Source of the DNA: Octopus bimaculoides
Lineage: Eukaryota
Direction of reading: 5' to 3'
Length of the DNA: 64,000 nt
Assembly (NCBI RefSeq): GCF_001194135.2
Contig: NC_068987.1
Location: 3,415,712-3,479,711, forward strand
Under the pieces are notes generated by a model. The model searched no databases. It worked only from the letters and a program-made list of their open reading frames with translations, and was not told the origin of the DNA. Below are positions 49,800-63,051 of the stretch, piece after piece. Within the stretch, counting starts at the first letter, position 1, and each line of letters opens with the position of its first letter. The translations under genes were made by a program, and so were the position numbers.

Positions 49800-50300
49800 C
49801 GTCGGGAAGCTAGCTTGGAAGTTCCTAGCTTCAAAGTTATGGAAAAACGCCATCAGGTCCGGTAGCTTTGTTGGGATCGTCTTCCAATTCTACAAAGTTT
49901 ATTGGTGATGTGACAGTTCCCCATTTCTTTACACAGTTCTTTACATTTTTATTGAACTGCATGGATTGTGCAATAGAGGATTGACAAGGCACTACTCCAT
50001 AATATGTCCAGTTTCTTCATATTTAAAGGTGGTTGGGCCGGTCTTGCAGCCTCCGTCTGACCAAAACAACTTTTGATCGTCCCGTTTTCGTTCTCAGACA
50101 GTTAAATGACTTCCATTGAATCCATGGTGCTTCTCGAGCCACCATTGAAAATCTTCAGCAGGAGAGAGGGATTCCCATGTGGATTGGAGGAGGGTCGTTT
50201 TCAGGCTTTTCTTTCCAGAGCTGGAGTTTGGATACTTCCCGTGATTATATAAAGGGCTGGACAAGGCTGAGAAAGATTCTTGTTGACTTCAGCCGTGGGA
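49800..50300 (-). mobile_element. decayed LINE ORF2 fragment
   Basis: NKATGPDG motif (endonuclease-RT linker) on - strand near 49880-49845; frameshifts and stops. Confidence 0.4.
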
Positions 50301-50845
50301 TCGAAGGTTGACGTCCACGGAGAAGACGGCACTCATCTCTTGCAGTCTTTTGTCATTTATTGATAAATACGAACTGTGACTTTATTAACAACGCATTTTC
50401 ACAGGAAGGACAGAAAGACAAAACAATAAAAGTATCAAAGATAAAATTATCGGGACCCCCCCCACCCCATAACTATCTCATCAAGGAAACAACGAAAAAG
50501 AAAAAAGGGGGTAGGGTGGATTAAGCAGCAAAAGATGAGGGGTGGATGGAGTAATGGGTAATACATTCCAGACACAATGGCGTGTCTAGCCGCGCCTTGC
50601 GGACATGATTGCAAAGGCGTTATCGCAGAGAATGGCCAATAACAATGGCCACTTCTTAATGTCAAAAGGGGGCAATGTCGGCGAGGGTGTGCAGGTTGTT
50701 TGTGTTGATGGGTTTCATACAACCAGCGGTATTGTTCAAGTCTGGGTTAAGTTTTTTGGCGTGGGTTGAACTTTCCCAAACAAGACATGCATTCTTCGCA
50801 GAGAAATAATACAAAGCTTTAGACGATTTAATGCTTTTCTCGTTT

Positions 50846-50894
<49 letters not shown>

Positions 50895-51039
50895 GCTCCC
50901 CCGACTTCCTCTGTTTATGTGAGTATATTACTCTATGTGTATGAGGGGAAGTGTTTATGTTAAACGTGTTTGTAATCTCTCTCTGTCTCTATATCTGTGC
51001 GCGCGTGTTTGCCTCAAGACCAAAACGTACTGTCGCAAA

Positions 51040-51470
51040 AACAGGCTAAATGTCCAGTCAGCCGCGCCAAATCGCCAGCGTCTAAACAGCCACGCCCAAT
51101 TATCTCATTCTGATGTCAGTGCTATACTGAGAGATGAAGTCAAAATGGCGAATCTCTCATGGCTTGGTAATGTCAAGTCTGGGATTCGGAGGGTGGGTTT
51201 CAATATGGCGAATAACTGTGTTACCGTTTTGTTGTGAAATACAGGGCAGACGATGTCCGAGTAACTGGCAAAGAAATCGATTTGAAGTTGACTTTAAAAA
51301 AATGAAGCCGGCAGACGATGTCCGACTGCTGACACTGTACTGTAAAGGCTGGTTGTAGAATCAATAAGACAAGAGTGTTTGACGTCTACGAAAAGGCTGA
51401 AATGACGCAGAAGTTCAGCTCCATAGGTAGGAGCTGCCAATTTACTCATCGAAGCCGAAGACCAAGTGAG
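51040..51470 (+). promoter_or_regulatory. putative promoter/first exon (host gene unknown, possibly distal ATG13 exon)
   Basis: CpG-rich unique DNA after a CT microsatellite; two YY1-like ATGGCG motifs; donors AG|gtagga (51427) and GAG|gtaaat (51471). Confidence 0.3.
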
Positions 51471-52044
51471 GTAAATGGCATTAGGAAAATGGTTAACTGC
51501 CTGCTTGGGAGATGTTCTCGGTATGAAGATTCCAAATTGGGTTTTGGTCTCATTTTCAAGTATTGAGGAAACAGAAACGTGAAGAATTAACTCTTTTTAA
51601 TTTTGGTATAAAGCCAGCAGTTTTGAGGGCAGGGAATAAATCGATAACATCGACCCCAGTGTTCAACTGGTGTTTCTTTTATCGACCCCGGCGAAATTTG
51701 AACTCAGTACGTAAAGACGGACGAAACGCCGCGAAGCATTTTGTCCGGCGTGCTAACGATTCTTCTAGCTCGCCGCCTTTAACAAAAATTAATGGAATTG
51801 GTAATCAACAAAGAGTTGAAGCTCATATTTATAAACGAGTGCCATAATCTCTGGTTCCAGCATCAAATTTCAAATCTTTATCATAGATTTATAGGACACC
51901 GTGAAAAAAAAAACGAAATTACAATTCTATCGTCATATTTAGTTAAAAGTGAATTTAATGGTATTAATGGCCTTAGGACGAACAAGGGAAAAGTTTGCTG
52001 CAATTAGTCGCACAGAACGATTTAAAGATGTCGAGTCAGACGTA

Positions 52045-52250
52045 AAGTGGCGAGCTGGCAGAATCGTTAGCAACGCCGGAAAAATGCTTGGTGGCGTTTC
52101 GTTTGTCTTTGCGTTCAAATTCTGCTGAGGTCGACTTTGCCTTTCAACATTTTGGGGTCAATGAAATAAGTAGCAGCTGAACACTGGAGTTGATGTAATT
52201 GACTTACCCCCTTCCCCGAACCTACAGCCCTTGTGCTAAAATTTGCAATC
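52045..52250 (+). mobile_element. tRNA-derived SINE family C (copies 100, 5530, 9490, 28790, 39400, 51620, 54060)
   Basis: GGCGAGCTGGCAGAATCGTTAGC...GTTCAAATTCTGCTGAGGTCGACTTTGCC. Confidence 0.72.
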
Positions 52251-52789
52251 AATTTTGAGTCAGACGAAGAACAATTAGTTTTATATTAAGCCCATCCTTT
52301 ACATTAATTAATCAAGTAATTTTGTACAATTATATTTTTTGCGCATTATTTGTTTAGTACAGCCATTCATTGCAAAAAAGAAGTAAAAAAAAAATCTTTC
52401 GGTTGTCGCTTCTATGTTCTCATGACTGTCCGTCATTTCAGCTGTTAACGACACGAGAAACAATTCTCTCAATGAATGACTGTACGAACTGCAGGGACGA
52501 AAAACTAATGAAAAGTCAATTCATTTTCTTATTTCACACGGGAGTTCACTGACTGTTGAAGGCCACGTTCACGGTCGCCTTTATTATAGTATTTCTGAGA
52601 AAACTTTCGGTATTCTCCCAGAATTAATATATTATCATGTAAAACTACTTGAAGAAGTTTAAAAGTGATAGAGCGTAAATGTACATATAGGACTCATATT
52701 TCAAGTTTGATTAAATATAGTTGTACAAAATACTTTTATGAAATTATATTTTGGGCGACAATAAACCCTAAACAATTTATAAAAATCTA

Positions 52790-53340
52790 GATTTCAAATT
52801 CTTAAAGGAACATGACTATGATGGAAAGAAGGCAGGCATTTGCGGTCGTGGAGTCGGGAGGAGGGCGATTGGCAAGGGCAAAGGTCAGCAAAAGTATAGA
52901 TGAGTGCAATGAACAAGAATATAATGGAAAAAATTCGGGCTATTTGGGGTGAAGTCGACGGGGAGGGATTAATAACGGAGGTGGGTGATGAGATAAAAAT
53001 TGAGAGAGTGAGAGTGAGGGGTGGCAATAGAAGTGGTTCGGAGGAGAGACAGTGATGAATGGCAGAAGAGCAGGGAGAAGTCAATGGTCTCAATCAGCTT
53101 TCTGTGTATATAAATCTGTTGAAGGGCGAGTGGACTGAGTAATGAGGACAAAGGTACTATCAGCGCAGGTGATGGCAGAAATGAGAGATGGAAGGTTATG
53201 ATAAAGAGATAGGTGGGAGTAAGAGGATGGGATCAAGGAGGAAGGTAACAAATGTAGGATTGATAGGGTACAATTATTGCAGCTTATAAACACTATACTT
53301 GTGTTAGGGGAGATGTGACATGGCTGGTTGGCCTTCCAAA
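52790..53340 (-). mobile_element. possible decayed L2/CR1-type LINE fragment
   Basis: strongly purine-skewed non-genic tract, similar to 23590-24100 and 59340-59680; composition only. Confidence 0.25.
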
Positions 53341-54760
53341 GCGACCCATGTTGCCAACCACTGCACTTTCCTTCGTCGCACGTTTTTCTTAGTCTATCTC
53401 TTTCGCGCGCGCGCACACACAAACTCACATAAAACATTATTATATCGGTAAATACAAAAGCAGGCTAAATATAAATACACACCTATTCTCCAATAATTTT
53501 ACGGTCTAGTTAGAAATCAATATTATGAGTGACATTCGAAAAGTGGAATTTCAGCGGGATTACGGCACGTAAATAATTTCGAAACGCTTAGTTTATTTCA
53601 AAATAAAGAAGAAAATCAGTTACACAGAAAGAGGTGGAATGTCTATTGATTTATTTATTATATTGTCTCTTCCCACTGTCCTGTCGCCCGACATGTTAGC
53701 AATAGCAGCCAAATCTCGTTTAAAATATACACTAATATCTTAAAAAGGAAGGACTCTACCCGAAAAAAAAAAAGAAGAAACAAGAAAAAGAAAAAAAAAG
53801 ATCGTTGTGGCTTGAATGCCCTTGATAGCAGGACCGCTCACTTAGAGCTGACCAGCAGCTAAACCACTCCTGAAAACAACTCCTTCAATTATTAACCACA
53901 GCCACGATGCACACGAAGGTCGGTTAGCTATGTAATAAATATCCCAGAAAACCCGAAGCGAAAAAAAAACTTCCAGTGTGATAAAATATATTTCCCATCT
54001 GAATTATCATTCCGTTTGATTTTATCGCTAAAGGTATTTGGTGATTCCATACGGCCCTTAATCCTCTGAGTTGAAATTCTGCCAAGGTCAACTTTGCCGT
54101 TCATAGAACGATAAAGTAAGGTACCAGTAAAATATTTTTTCTTTCTACCATAGGTATAAGGTTTGGAATTTTGGGGGAGGGGTTAGTCGGTTACACCGAC
54201 CCCGGTGTTAAACAGGTTCTATTTCATTGACCCCGAAAGGCGGAAACGTAAAATCGACCTCGGCGGAATTTGAACTCAGAACGTAAAGCCAGACAAACGA
54301 GCCAAATATTGAATTCGATTTAATACTTCTATAAAACGTCCTAGACATGAATGGAATTATAAGACAAGGCGAAGACACAGACTACTAAATAATTAAATGA
54401 ATTTAACAGGATATTACACACACTTTATTAATTTGATTCATTCTCCACCAATCGGAAGTGTTTGAATTGACGGAAGTTGAAAGGTCTCTCTCTTTCTCTC
54501 CCCCCGTTTCTTTCACTCTCTCTCTCTCTCTCTCTCCAGGAATTCTGGGTATTCCATCTCCATCCCAAAACACTGCGACTTGTTTTAAATATTATGGACT
54601 TGGGACAAAGTCAGGTCTTCTAATTAATCGGATTACCAACTCGGGACACAGTAAGGCTTATTACAATTGAATTATGGACTTAAGACAAAGCAAGGTTTAC
54701 ACTAATTCCGCTGAAAATATTATGGAATACCTGGACTTTGGTTCCATCTTCCTCTGATAT

Positions 54761-54805
54761 GCCACGTCTTGTTTACTTCCACTTCTGTTATTCGGAATAG
54801 ATTGG
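54761..54805 (+). promoter_or_regulatory. putative ATG13 proximal promoter motif cluster
   Basis: GCCACGT (54761), TTGTTTAC FoxO site (54769), ACTTCC ETS (54775), reverse CCAAT (54801); motif matching only. Confidence 0.4.
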
Positions 54806-55063
54806 TCGTGCTTTCGATAAGTTTTTATTGAGGATAAAACTTGTATTAAGACAGGATGATGGAATAATTCCATTATTTCTGTTGGAACCATTTGTCTTAT
54901 GCAATGAAGAATAAGTTATGAGGTTTAATTTTGTATGTAACTTGGCTCTTTTTGTAAACCTTGCTCTTAATACTCGCTCTACACCAACATCGTATTCTCT
55001 GTTAAATGAGACGTAACCACTAACACTAACCAGTATTAAACAGTTTATGCCAAATTGGTAAAC

Positions 55064-55219
55064 ATGTACGGAATGAACAACCAAAATATTAGCAGTTCGG
55101 AGTCTAAAGACTTGGAGAAATTCCTGCGGAGCTTTTCAATTATTGCAGTGCAGGCCATTGTCCAGTCTCGGTTAGGTGAAAGGATCCAAACGAAAAATTC
55201 TTCACCTTCACAATATTGG
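55064..55219 (+). CDS. ATG13: ATG13 coding exon 1 (alternative start at 55073)
   Basis: ATG 55064; TGG|gtatgt donor, phase 0. Confidence 0.9.
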
Positions 55220-58200
55220 GTATGTAAAAACTATTTGATAATTCTTCTCACATCGTTAACATGTTTCTTATTATGTAATTGTTTATTTAATGTCTTGTGT
55301 ACTTTTTAATCTTTGTACTTCGTGTTTATCAAGTTTGTTTTGTAAACGAATCCTTATAATAATAAACAGGTACCGCTTGTATAGTACCACATTTGTTCGT
55401 TTTTCGATCAACTTCTAAAAAACTTGTCTTCATGAAGATTCCATTCTAAAAACGAAATGTTTAATAAATTATTTTCATAATTACTCCACTCTGAATAAGC
55501 GAACAAGGGAGCCACTCCCTTGTTCGCTTGCCTTACTAGAAACAACAAATAAACCTTTTATATGACACTCCTATAAAAAAAAATAGTAAACGGGTACATT
55601 GGAGATCGGGGTGTAGTGTCTTTAGAAAGAAATAAACGAAAAGAAATAAGAAAAGACTTGGTAGTCACGACAGGACTGTCTTTCACCATGTCTACTGTAT
55701 AACGACTGACTTGAAGCAAAATAACAACAATAATTCCAGCTGAACAACATCTTTGAAAGCCTTCATCTGGCAGACATTCTTCACTTGACCTAGTTTGAAA
55801 TACTAGAGACGGCGACGTGTCATGTTCTTATCACATTACACGATAATAAACTTAGTTTTCAGATTAGTTGGGTTAAACTAGATTTATTGTATTGAAGTGT
55901 CTATCTCTATTTCCTGGTTGTGTGTTCTAAGGTACTCCACAATTTGCATCGACTCTTGTTGAAGTACATTAAATCAATGCAAAAATGACAAGCATTTATC
56001 TAGTGTTGTTGTTTCGCCAGACCAAAGGCATTTAATTTGTGACTGTCACGTATAGCTTTTAAAAGGTAGGGTGTATATGTATATGTAGGATTACATTATC
56101 CAATGTGTTTTCCCTTAAGACAGTAGGGTATGAATTAAGGGAAATTTGGCTGCTATTTCATGCAGAGGGAGCGTCCTCGTAGAAGTTCCTCTTATTGGCG
56201 CGTCAAGTCATATTTATTTCAACTAGATCGATATTTTTGATCATGTATGGGATATAAATACTAATTTTTTTTGCCAGTAATGTTCTATATATATTCTTCG
56301 TACACCCTCTACTCACTTGACTTCTTATGTCTGATGTTGTTTATTAGATCATTTCTAAATTATTTCAGTTATTTTATTCTAGGGAGGTACTAAAAAACAG
56401 CCCCTCCCTTTCTTGTTTATCTCGATCTTCACGAAGATTTCTCAACCCTTTCGAGCCATTAAGGATGTTATTCCAGACTAAACTTTTAATGCTTTTTAAT
56501 TTCCACTTCAGTGTTCAAAATGTAAATCTAGTTTTTCTATTCTAAGTTCATAATCTCTATTGTAAATCGTTCGACTATTTGAATGGACCCTATTTCTATA
56601 TTTGTGTTGCAAGTTATTTTGCCGTAGTTTCTTTAATAATAATACAAGTTAGTTTGATCATGTTCGGATTTGTCTTAATATTTTAGCTTCAATAAAAGCA
56701 TTTAGTTGCATGCCTTTACGTTCTGGTTTCAAATCGTGTCGACGCTGGCTTTGCTTTTCCTCCTTCCCAGAGTTGATAAATTACCAGTTTTCTGAGAAAC
56801 TGGTGTCGATTTAATCTAAGACTAAAAAAAAAATTTCATTAAAAAATATTCATTCTTCTGAAAGTTATGACCTCCCAAAGTCTGGTAGGTAAAACCCTGT
56901 AGTTATGCCCTTTGTGCCTATGCTACAAATCAATAATAGCAACTGTAAAAATCAATGTGTGCACGTAAAGAGAGTGCATTTTCTTTTAATGTCTCGATCA
57001 CCTGCTTGGTGTTGAGTATAATGTGCGATGAGAGATAAAGAGGGAACGATGGAGATGGATGGAACGAGGAATTATTGTAGAAAGCTGAATTCAATATATT
57101 GTAATTAGTTAATATATATTAATTGCCATAGAAGTGCACCACAATTGTAGTGTACTATAACAATAACAATGATAATTAAACTAAATTAACAGCATGCAAT
57201 AGTATATATTACTATAAGTATTTTAATAATAATGCTTAATTACAATTGTGTTAAATTAGTAAATACAAACGTGCCTTGAAACACACACACACACGTACGT
57301 ATGTACGTACTTATATATGTATGGCTCGACTGATTATTAAAGCCATGTACAATCGTGTGACTTGTTCTGGTGAAAATCTGTTTATAAGCTTAGCTCTGCC
57401 TTCAAATGTAGTTGTAACGCCTCACAAGATCCTGTCAAACATGTGGCTGAATTATTGACTATTTTGAGACGATGATGACGCTCGGACTTCGGAGAGGGAT
57501 AAATAAAATAAATCTCCAAAGACAGGAGTAGAGACATCTGCAGTATTTTATTTCATTTTCATCGTCTTTTACCTTTAGATAAAATGCAATTACTACTCTT
57601 CGGTGTAATTTAATGGGTTAAGATGTTCTTATTTATATGCAGTGGAAGAAGTTGACAAACAGAATGGTTCGTTTTACAAGCATCCCTAATGACTTACAAG
57701 CATTTCACTACCCTCTTTCTTCAGAGAAGAATTAAGTGTCCATTTAGAATCTTCTATAATGTAAACTCCGAAGAATTCTCTCTACTTTTGGTACATATAG
57801 GAAGAAGTACGAAACATCTTAACCCATGTTAACCCACTATCCTCGTTTGAGGACAGTTGTACTTGGTTTGTTAACTGATCGCAACATAGTGCTTGTATTT
57901 ATTTAACCATTGTATTTGGTTTATTTACTGCAATAAAAGTTAACTGGACGCTTCCGAATGTTCGTTATCCTTATTTATGTAACTACCTTCGAAATTTCGA
58001 CAGAAATCGCAAAATTAAAAACCTGGGTTAAAATGGGTTAATACTTTCACATAGGTCGCCTTTATAATAATTTTTATCAGATACGCAATACTATAAAATT
58101 GAAGGGATATAAGTCGATTCTTTTCCTGTTGATATTTAACCCTTTAGCATTTAAATTACTGACAAATGTAATGTTTATTTATCCACATTATTTTGAATTA

Positions 58201-60360
58201 ATCATGCATTATCTCATAGCTTTGGGATTTTGATGGTATGATTGTTTATCATTGGAATGACATTGTAGGGTAGGTGTGAGAAGCCCAACATGGCCAGTTT
58301 GAATACTGAAGGCTTAAATGTGTATTAAAATTCAACACGTGACAACTTCAAGAAACGAAAAAAAACTTTGTAAAATCTGCCAATGTTGTTAAACACCTTT
58401 CTCAGGAGAATATGTCATAGAATTGTTTTTTATTTGGTCTTCATCAGTTAACATCCTTGTTACAATGCTAGCATGAATCGGCTGGTTTGACAGGATCCAA
58501 TGGACCCAAGGATTGCATCTTGCTCCAATGGCATGGTTTCTATACCTGGATCAGTGGCGGCTTGTGTATAGGCACTGCAGAACTGCAGCACCAACTATTT
58601 CCACTCAATATTATTGATTAACATTCAACATAATGAGTCCTTTTTTCTTCAATTCTTTCTTTATCGTTGTACATTGTATAACCTTTAAGCTTAATGTCAG
58701 TAGCCATGCCCTCGTTTATGAAGAAAATACAAAAATCCTTGTATAGAACTGTGCACTTCACCGTTCCAACATGGTGTTTGGCTGTTGTGTGCATGCTCAC
58801 GTGTCCAAGATAGAAAGCTTCACACCAGGGAGAGAGAGAGCACTGGTTCACGCAGTTCCGGTCCACGTGTGTTGTGCTTAAAAATATGTTTATACTCTCG
58901 AATGTGATAAAGTGTAGAATTAGATTATTCTCCTGCTTCCAGCTACAGTGTTACTGCCAGGATTTGAAAAATAGAGCAGATTTTCCTCCCTTATTTTGTG
59001 ATTTAGGGGGGATTTTTGAGAAACAAGGGGGAATTCGCAGCCACGTTCAGTGAACAAATTAAACACACTCCCTGGCAGTGGCTAAAACATGAACTGATGA
59101 AGTTTATGTATGAATATTCTTTTCATGTTTCTTTCCTTTTACACAATATTAAAACAATGGCTGAAAATTTTCTGAAGCAGCAACACCACTAATTTTACCT
59201 ACAAGCTGCCACTGACCTGAATGCTCTTTTTAATGCCACCTACTTTATAGCTGGGGGCTTGTTTTTGTGGCAGCAGCAATAATAAGGCCACCGTGCGAAT
59301 TGCAAGGCTATGAACCCCAGGGGAGTGACTTTATGCAAAGGGATGAGGAGTATATTGGGATAAAGTATGAGAGAAAAGGGCCAGAGTAGAGAAGGTTTAT
59401 AACTGTAGAGGAGCTACCATGACTACTCACAGTTTAGAAGAGAGGGTGGGTGTGAGTGGGTTGAATGGGAAGCTATAAAAAATGGTGGTGATGAGTTGGT
59501 CAGGGTGGAACTTTGAGGTACATGAGTGGAGCAGAGGGACCAGGAGTGAGTGAGAAAGGAGAGGATATCTGATAGTGTGGAGCAACAGAATAAAAATGAT
59601 GATGCTGTAAACAAAAGAATGAAAGAGAGATGATACACTGTTGGGTAGATTATAGGAATGGATGAGGATGAAGAATTAGTTGGAACGAAATGTTGCTATT
59701 TTCCTGTTTCCTATGTTAAAGAATCTGTTACTTTATAACTTTTTGGCAATGCCTAACAATGATTAAACATTCTTGTCTCTTTCAGTTTTCTCCGACTTTG
59801 AAAGATGTGCCAGAATTGAATCGACACGCTCGAAGTTTTACAACTGGTTATCAACCTCTCTCGGGACAAACAGTGTGTGTTGAAATTTCTCTTAAAACCA
59901 CTGAAGGGGATTCTATGGTTTTGGAAACCTGGCACATGGGTCTGAAGATGTCCAGTGACAATAAAGAAAATCAGGATCGTGAAAACAGAGTACCACATGT
60001 CCTTTATTCAAAGATGTGTCTAGCCTTGCGGTCGTTAATCTACACTTCCAGAATCACTCCTGGTTACACATTATCTCGAAAGCAAGGGCCTGATAATTAC
60101 ATTATATGTTACAAGATATACTATGGCACACCTCAGTTACATGAACTGGGGCCAGATCATCAAAGGTTAAAAGCAGGACGGTTTCCAACGTCAATGGGAA
60201 TTATGTCCATTATTGTTGATTATCGAACAAACATGCAGATTTCTCAGCATAAAACCACAAAACACATTGCTATTGAAATGAAAGATGACCATTACAAAGC
60301 TGAAACCGGGAGTCCTCGTAAAAGCACAGCTCCTCGGCCGTGCCATCCGGGGCACAGAAG
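55064..60360 (+). CDS. ATG13: Autophagy-related protein 13 (HORMA domain), first two coding exons; gene continues beyond window
   Basis: KDLEKFLRSF...VQAIVQSRLGERI...YW|FSPTLKDVPE...VCVEISLKTTEGDSMVLETW...SRITPGYTLSRKQG..Y.I.Y.IY.G..QL..LG matches human ATG13 HORMA as remembered. Confidence 0.93.
58552..59214. mobile_element. hAT-type MITE in ATG13 intron
   Basis: 14-bp TIR CAGTGGCGGCTTGT/ACAAGCTGCCACTG; 8-bp TSD acctggat/acctgaat. Confidence 0.7.
59786..60360 (+). CDS. ATG13: ATG13 coding exon 2 (575 nt, most of HORMA)
   Basis: ctctttcag| ... AG|gtaaag; phase 0->2. Confidence 0.92.
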
Positions 60361-60746
60361 GTAAAGAATGTTTTATTTTTACTATTATCAAATTTAGATT
60401 TAAATCTATGTTTATTTAACTTAGTGTTTTGTTGGATTAAACTGGAAAAGAATTAATTAACATGGGTCTTGCTAATGTGGTTGATCTCAAAATGTTGAGC
60501 CCCACAGAGGAGGTGCTAAAGGCCTGAGCAGACTGGGGATTTGCTGTGCATGAGAAGACCTGTCTGTTGTAGTGAAAGTGAGGTCCTAAAAGCATTGCTT
60601 GTGATTATACACTCACTGGGTACTGCTCCAGTACCTTATTTGCTCCTGTTTGGCATCAACATTTGTTCACTATGAAATAAATCATTTGTGCAGGTCGTTC
60701 GGCAGCAGCTGAACAATCACACGTCGTCTTCGACGGGAAAGTCCAT

Positions 60747-60777
<31 letters not shown>

Positions 60778-60794
60778 GGGGTCGATTCATCCGA

Positions 60795-60959
60795 CTAGGC
60801 GCAGGAGTGGCTGTGTGGTATGTAGCTTGCTTACCAACCACATGGTTCCAGGTTCATTCCCACTGTGTGGCACCTTGGGCAAGTGTCTTCTACTATAGCC
60901 TCTGGCTGACCAAAGTCTTGTGAGTGGATTTTGTAGACGGAAACTAAAAGAACCCCATC

Positions 60960-60995
<36 letters not shown>

Positions 60996-61330
60996 GGGGT
61001 CGATTCATCCGACTAGGCGCAGGAGTGGCTGTGTGGTATGTAGCTTGCTTACCAACCACATGGTTCCAGGTTCATTCCCACTGTGTGGCACCTTGGGCAA
61101 GTGTCTTCTACTATAGCCTCTGGCTGACCAAAGTCTTGTGAGTGGATTTTGTAGACGGAAACTAAAAGAACCCCATCGTATATATATATATATATATATA
61201 TGCATGTATGTGTATGTTTGTGTGTCTGTGTTTGTCCCCCCAACATCGCTCGATAACCGATGGTGGTGTGTTTACGTCCCCGTAACTTAGCGGTTCAGCA
61301 AAAGAGACTGATAGAATAAGTACCAGGCTT
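60795..61330 (+). mobile_element. SINE family A with 218-bp tandem duplication
   Basis: 60773-60990 repeated from 60991. Confidence 0.8.
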
Positions 61331-61364
61331 TAAACAAATCCAAACAAGTACCAAAACTAGTCAT

Positions 61365-61750
61365 TAGATTGTCGCCATGCTGGGGCACCGCTTTGAAGAA
61401 ATTTTAGTCAGATAAATTAACCCCAGTACTTATTTTTTAAGCCAGGTGCTTATTCTATCAGTCTCTTTTGACAAACCACCAAGTTACAGTGATATAAACA
61501 CACCAACACCAGTTGTCAAATGATGGTGGAGGATAAACACAAAGATGTACACACAAGCACACTTATATATGTATACACACACACACACACACCCGATGGG
61601 TTTCTATCAGTTTCCATCAATGAAACCCACTCACAAAGTTTTGGTCAGCCTGAGGTTATAGTAGCAAACACTTGCCCAAGGTGCCACGCAGCAGGACTGA
61701 ACCCGGAACCATGTGGTTGTGAAATAAGCTTCTCACTATGCAGCCATGCC
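61365..61750 (-). mobile_element. SINE family A
   Basis: reverse copy adjacent to + copy. Confidence 0.78.
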
Positions 61751-63016
61751 TTATTGCTTGGTTATTTTTAGCTGTTGTTTTTTCTTTCTATTTTTATGAC
61801 TTCAAATATCTTAACACTGACTTAATTTTGTAGTTTTTTTTTGTTTTGTTTCTTGTTGGTCTGGTTCTAGTTTGTGACGGTAATTTATTTCAGAATTATA
61901 GGTTGATAAATTTATTACGTCACTAAATAAAACTATGCCTTTGTTTCTGTTCCACTTATAACATCCTCTGGAACAATTAATTTCTGATGAGCATGATTAG
62001 TCATTATGATCTGTGATGTGTCTATTGGTTGAGAAGTCCCCAAACACAATATCAGCCACTTTGGAGACCCCTGGGTTAGGGTATTCAACTCACGATTGTA
62101 AGGTCATGAGTTCGATTCCTGGTGGCGCATCGTGTCCTTGAGCAAGACACTTTATTTCACATTACTCCATTCCATTCTGTTGGCAAAAATGAGTTGTACC
62201 TGTAATTCAAAGGGGGCCCACCATGTCACATTCCGTGTCATGCTGAATCTTCCAGAGAACTATGTTAAGGGACTCAGCCACTTGTACATTAATTTCTTGA
62301 GCAGGTTGTTCTATCGATTGAATCAACTGAAATATTTGTTGCCATAACAGACAGAGCGCCAGTTTTTAATTGCAGAGAGCATTAATAATAGTTTTGGTAC
62401 CAACTTTTCCAAGAACATCCCTGATTTTCATATGGAACCGTTTCCTCTTGGTGTGTTTATATTTAAATTGAAAACCCTATTTATATTGGAGGATAGGAGA
62501 CTCTTTTAAACATGGCCATTTTGGCGCTGCTGATTCAACACTGACTTACTTCACATCAAATGTCATGTTTTTCTCATCTCGTTATTTATTTATCTCTCTT
62601 TCTCTCTGTAAGCGTCTTGTTATATTTGTATGTATGTGTAATGTCTCTCTTCTCTCTCTCTCCTATCTCCCCTCTTCCTGCACTTGTATATTTCTATGTG
62701 CGTGTAAGTGTTTGTCCCCAACCACTGCTTGAAAACCAGTGTTGGTTTTTTTACATCCATGTAACAACAGACCGGCTAGATAGACCAATAGAACACACAC
62801 CAGGCTTAAAAACGAAAATAATTACCGATGTGAATTTGTTCAGATAAACCCTTCAGAGCAGTGCCCCAGCATGGCCCCAGCCTCCTGAATGAAACAAGCA
62901 AAAGTTGGTTAATTGTTTGGAGAGTAAACAAACTCAACGATGCCATACGCCTGGGTGAATCTCTCTGACTGTGAAGATAGAAGAACATTGGTTATGTAAT
63001 CTAAAACTGGATGACA

Positions 63017-63051
<35 letters not shown>

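Noticed and set aside
51245-51325. ADDV peptide as reverse-transcriptase YADD motif
   Set aside because: No Tyr/Phe before ADD, no other RT motifs and short frames; treated as a DNA direct repeat.
60787-61246. Recurrent ORFs with RGYSRRHLPKVPHSG / IVEDTCPRCH peptides (many loci)
   Set aside because: Chance frames of SINE family A, not a protein family.
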